A stretch of 23,295 nt of DNA from Octopus sinensis (taxonomy: Eukaryota): the NCBI RefSeq assembly GCF_006345805.1, contig NW_021836647.1, positions 1 through 23,295 of the forward strand. The letters are read 5' to 3'. The position numbers and the translations under genes were made by a program. How positions within the stretch are numbered: the stretch's first letter is position 1; every line of letters starts with the position of its first letter. Positions 20,352-23,295 of the stretch are shown in pieces. Below the pieces are notes generated by a model. It did no database searches. It was not told the origin of the DNA and saw only the letters and a program-made list of their open reading frames with translations.

Positions 20352-20812
20352 GGCGTAGGAGTGGCTGTGTGGTAATTAGCTTGCTTACCAACCTCATGGT
20401 TCCGGGTTTAATCCCACTGGGTAACACCTTGGGCAAGTGTCTTCTGCTATACCTCGGGCCGACTATAGCCTTGTGAGTGGATTTGGTAGACGGAAACTGA
20501 AAGAATTCCTTCGTATATATGTATATATATGTTTATGTGTGTGTGTGTGTGTGTGTGTGTCGTGTGTGGTGTGTTGTGTAGTGTGAGTGTATGTGTATGT
20601 GTGCCTATGTTTGTCCTCCCACATCGCTTGACAACCGATGCTTGTGCTGTTTTTACGTCCCCGTATCATAGGGTTCGGCAAAGAGACCGATAGAATAAGT
20701 ACTAGGCTTACAAAGAATAAGTCCTGGTGTCGATTTGTTCGAGTAAAGGCGGTGCTCCAGCATGGCCGCAGTCAAATGACTGAATCAAGTAAGGAGTAAA
20801 AGAGTAAAAGAA
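20352..20812 (+). mobile_element. Full-length tRNA-derived SINE with internal (TA)/(GT)n and CR1-like 3' tail
   Basis: A-box-like TGGCTGTGTGG, B-box-like GGTTTAATCCC, internal microsatellite at 20513-20610, tail GGCGGTGCTCCAGCATGGCCGCAGTCAAATGACTGA and (AAAGAGT)n-like end. Resembles an abundant octopus SINE (recall). Confidence 0.88.
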
Positions 20813-21269
20813 AGACATTTCTGTTTCTCTCAGAAAGGTCTCAAGCGACTTAGTCTGTTCATTTCACCTTAAATCTCCAAACGGATGTTTTCTTGCTTCC
20901 TTTTCACTTTCTCTCTTTTTACAATTCTTCTAAACTTATGAACGATCTTTTCATTCCTTTAATGATCTAAATCCACATCCCTGTCTACAATTCTTTCCTC
21001 ATTCATTGACTCAATCTTTTTTCGTATTTCTCAACGTATTCAAGATGGTTATTCTTGAAAGCTTTACAACATATGACATATGAGGTGGTGGTTATAAGTG
21101 ATAAAAATAACAGCTAATCAAGCCTTAAATCGTGCACCAAAATATATTTTCTTTCGTTTTTGGTTAATCGGATGAATTTCCGTGCATAGAATATAAATTC
21201 GCCAAAATTATTTTAAAATTCCCCAAAATGAAAAAGACGTTATGAGGGTTCATGTAATATGTCTGTGAG

Positions 21270-21304
21270 TGTGAGTGTGTGTGTGTGTGTGTTGTGCGTG
21301 TGGG

Positions 21305-21359
<55 letters not shown>

Positions 21360-21545
21360 AGATAGATAGATAGAGATAGAGATATAGATATATATATATA
21401 ACACACCCACACACATATATATATATATTAATATATATATTAGTATACATATATGTATGTATATGTGTATATATATATATATCTAGATATATATATATAT
21501 ATATTACTTATATATATATATGATATTAATATATATATATACAAG
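21270..21545. repeat. Compound (GT)n/(TA)n/(GATA)n microsatellite
   Basis: Directly visible. Confidence 0.93.
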
Positions 21546-21571
21546 TGGTATTCTCGAGAAAGAGAAATACT

Positions 21572-21650
21572 GGAGTTGGTCTGTTGGACTAATCACGTCA
21601 CTGTGGTGCTCCAGTGTGGCCGTAGTTCAATAACTGAAAGGAGTAAGCAA
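21572..21650 (+). mobile_element. Diverged SINE 3' end fragment
   Basis: GGAGTTGGTCTGTTGGACTAA...GTGGTGCTCCAGTGTGGCCGTAGTTCAATAACTGAAAGGAGTAA parallels 20726-20795. Confidence 0.7.
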
Positions 21651-21799
21651 TGATCTATAAATCTCTTTAGTAAATACAATAATGAGGTGGATTAAGGTTT
21701 GTGTCCAGGAGATAACTCTCAATATAAGAAAATATATATTTGAGAGTAGCCTTCCCTTAAAAAATGCAATAAAAGGGATCGATAATCTTAGAATGCGGC

Positions 21800-22175
21800 G
21801 TGTGTTTACGTGTGCTTCCATGTATGTAGTTAGTATGTATGTATCTATGTGTGTATGTCGTATGTATGCATGTAGTATTAGTGTGAGTCTTGTGTATGTA
21901 TGTATGTTGTATGTATGTATGTATGTATGTATGTATGCATGCATGTATGTATGTATGGTGTGTATATATGTGTGTAGTATGTGTCATGTATGTATGTATG
22001 TATGTATGTATTGTATGTATGTATGATGTTGTGTGATGTATGTATGTATTTAGTATGTATAAGCGTGCATGCATTATGCATGCACATCTTTGTATGCATG
22101 TAGTATGGATGTATGTATTTTATGCATATAATGTATGTATGTATATATTTGTCTGTGCATGTAATGTAGTATACG
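21800..22175. repeat. Degenerate (GTAT)n microsatellite
   Basis: Directly visible. Confidence 0.9.
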
Positions 22176-22179
22176 TAGG

Positions 22180-22847
22180 TACATGCACATCTCTATACCG
22201 TGCATGTATACTATCATCGCTCCTTTACCTTGTGAGACATGGAACCTTCACAAACGTCATCAAGTGTTTCTTTAACATTTCATCAGATATGTCTGTGACA
22301 CATTCTGAATGGTGGCTGGACCTTAAAAACCCAGACACACATTTCTTGAGGAAAGCTGATGTCCTGAGGATTGAGGTGACGATGCATAAGTACTGGTTAC
22401 GTTAGACTAGACTCCCTATTTGAATGAAGGATAGCAGGATCCCTAAAGACATGCTATACGGGGAACGTGTGAGCGGAAAAAGTCTGTAATTTAATGCAAG
22501 TGTCAAGTCCTCATTAAAGTCCTATGATATGCAGGAGAAAGTCTAGGAGAGCAATGTCTGTCATTGCAACAGATGGAAGTAGGTTAAGGAAGGGTTCGGC
22601 ACATTTGAGAAAGCATACATTCTGTATGAAGAATTTAAAGCGTGCTGCTCGATGGCGCATGGCTAGTGTAGTGAATAGAAATGCTTAGTGTGCAACGTCT
22701 GCAGTCGTGTATGCTTGTCAAGAGCAGGGTTCTCATTAGCCACCAACAGAGCTGCAAATGCAAAATATAATTTAGTCCAAGAGTGCACAATGTTCCTGAA
22801 TGTCAGTAATGGTCTTCCTCAGTCACGAGTGGACGGCCATCATGTAT
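22180..22847 (+). mobile_element. Decayed 3' fragment of an RTE-clade LINE
   Basis: Pieces read SLYRACILSSLLY, FLRKADVLRIEV..HKYWLR, MKDSRIPKDMLYGE..SGK and a terminal CNVCSRVCLSRAG, typical of RTE ORF C-termini. Short 3' tail at 22808-22847. Confidence 0.8.
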
Positions 22848-22849
22848 CA

Positions 22850-23160
22850 TATGCAATAATGTATATATAATTATAATAACTGTTATATGTATATAACTAT
22901 ATATATACATATATGTATATTGAAATTATATGTATATAAATTTATATAATGTGTATATATAAGAGATTCACGTATATAGATGTAATATATATATATTATA
23001 TATATATATATATAATGGGTGGGGTGTATATATGTATATCTAGATATATACTATATATGTATATATATGTATATAATATATATATATATCGATATATATT
23101 ATATATATATACTATAATATATATATATATATATATAATATATATATATATAAACATAAC
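22850..23160. repeat. Degenerate (TA)n microsatellite
   Basis: Directly visible. Confidence 0.92.
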
Positions 23161-23295
23161 CATAACTCTATTCAACATTCCAAAACGTCGCAAGAAATTT
23201 GAAATGCAACGCGAAACCGTTCTTTCTTCTAAATTATGTCATTGTAAGGAAAAAAAAAAAAATTTTAATATTCTTCAGACATATTGACGCAAATG

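Noticed and set aside
20352-20430. tRNA genes at the SINE heads (also 5281-5350)
   Set aside because: A/B-box-like motifs are present, but there is no complete cloverleaf and the sequence continues into SINE body.
20820-21050. Purine-rich minus-strand frame (KKIESMNEERIVDRDVDLDH*RNEKIVHKFRRIVKREK...)
   Set aside because: Several stops, no recognisable motif or splice frame. Cannot be distinguished from composition bias.

Overview
Eukaryotic, very AT-rich, microsatellite-dense genomic DNA. The SINE and LINE sequences resemble octopod cephalopod repeats, but that is recall-based inference, not a database result. I find no intact host gene, tRNA/rRNA gene or CRISPR array. The window has three layers. 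(1) Decayed non-LTR retrotransposons: three CR1-clade APE/RT LINE copies plus a short tail, a Dong/R4-like RLE-type LINE inside an (AAT)n tract, a second RLE-type remnant and an RTE-clade 3' fragment. (2) Short non-autonomous elements: tRNA-derived SINEs, a 402-bp TIR element with an apparent 8-bp TSD, and an ORF-less hairpin-rich element ending in an RTE tail. (3) A composite ~2.1-2.2 kb tandem unit: a ~1 kb unexplained block A, then (GT/TA)n, a derived SINE head, (TCTA)/(TA)n and (TAT)n-(AAT)n. It is present in four copies from ~6.9 to 19.6 kb, with extra partial copies and an inverted copy of the array end at 1-1039. Block A carries splice-like signals and a candidate signal-peptide reading frame, but no copy is intact. 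Most short ORFs in the track are microsatellite or antisense artefacts.
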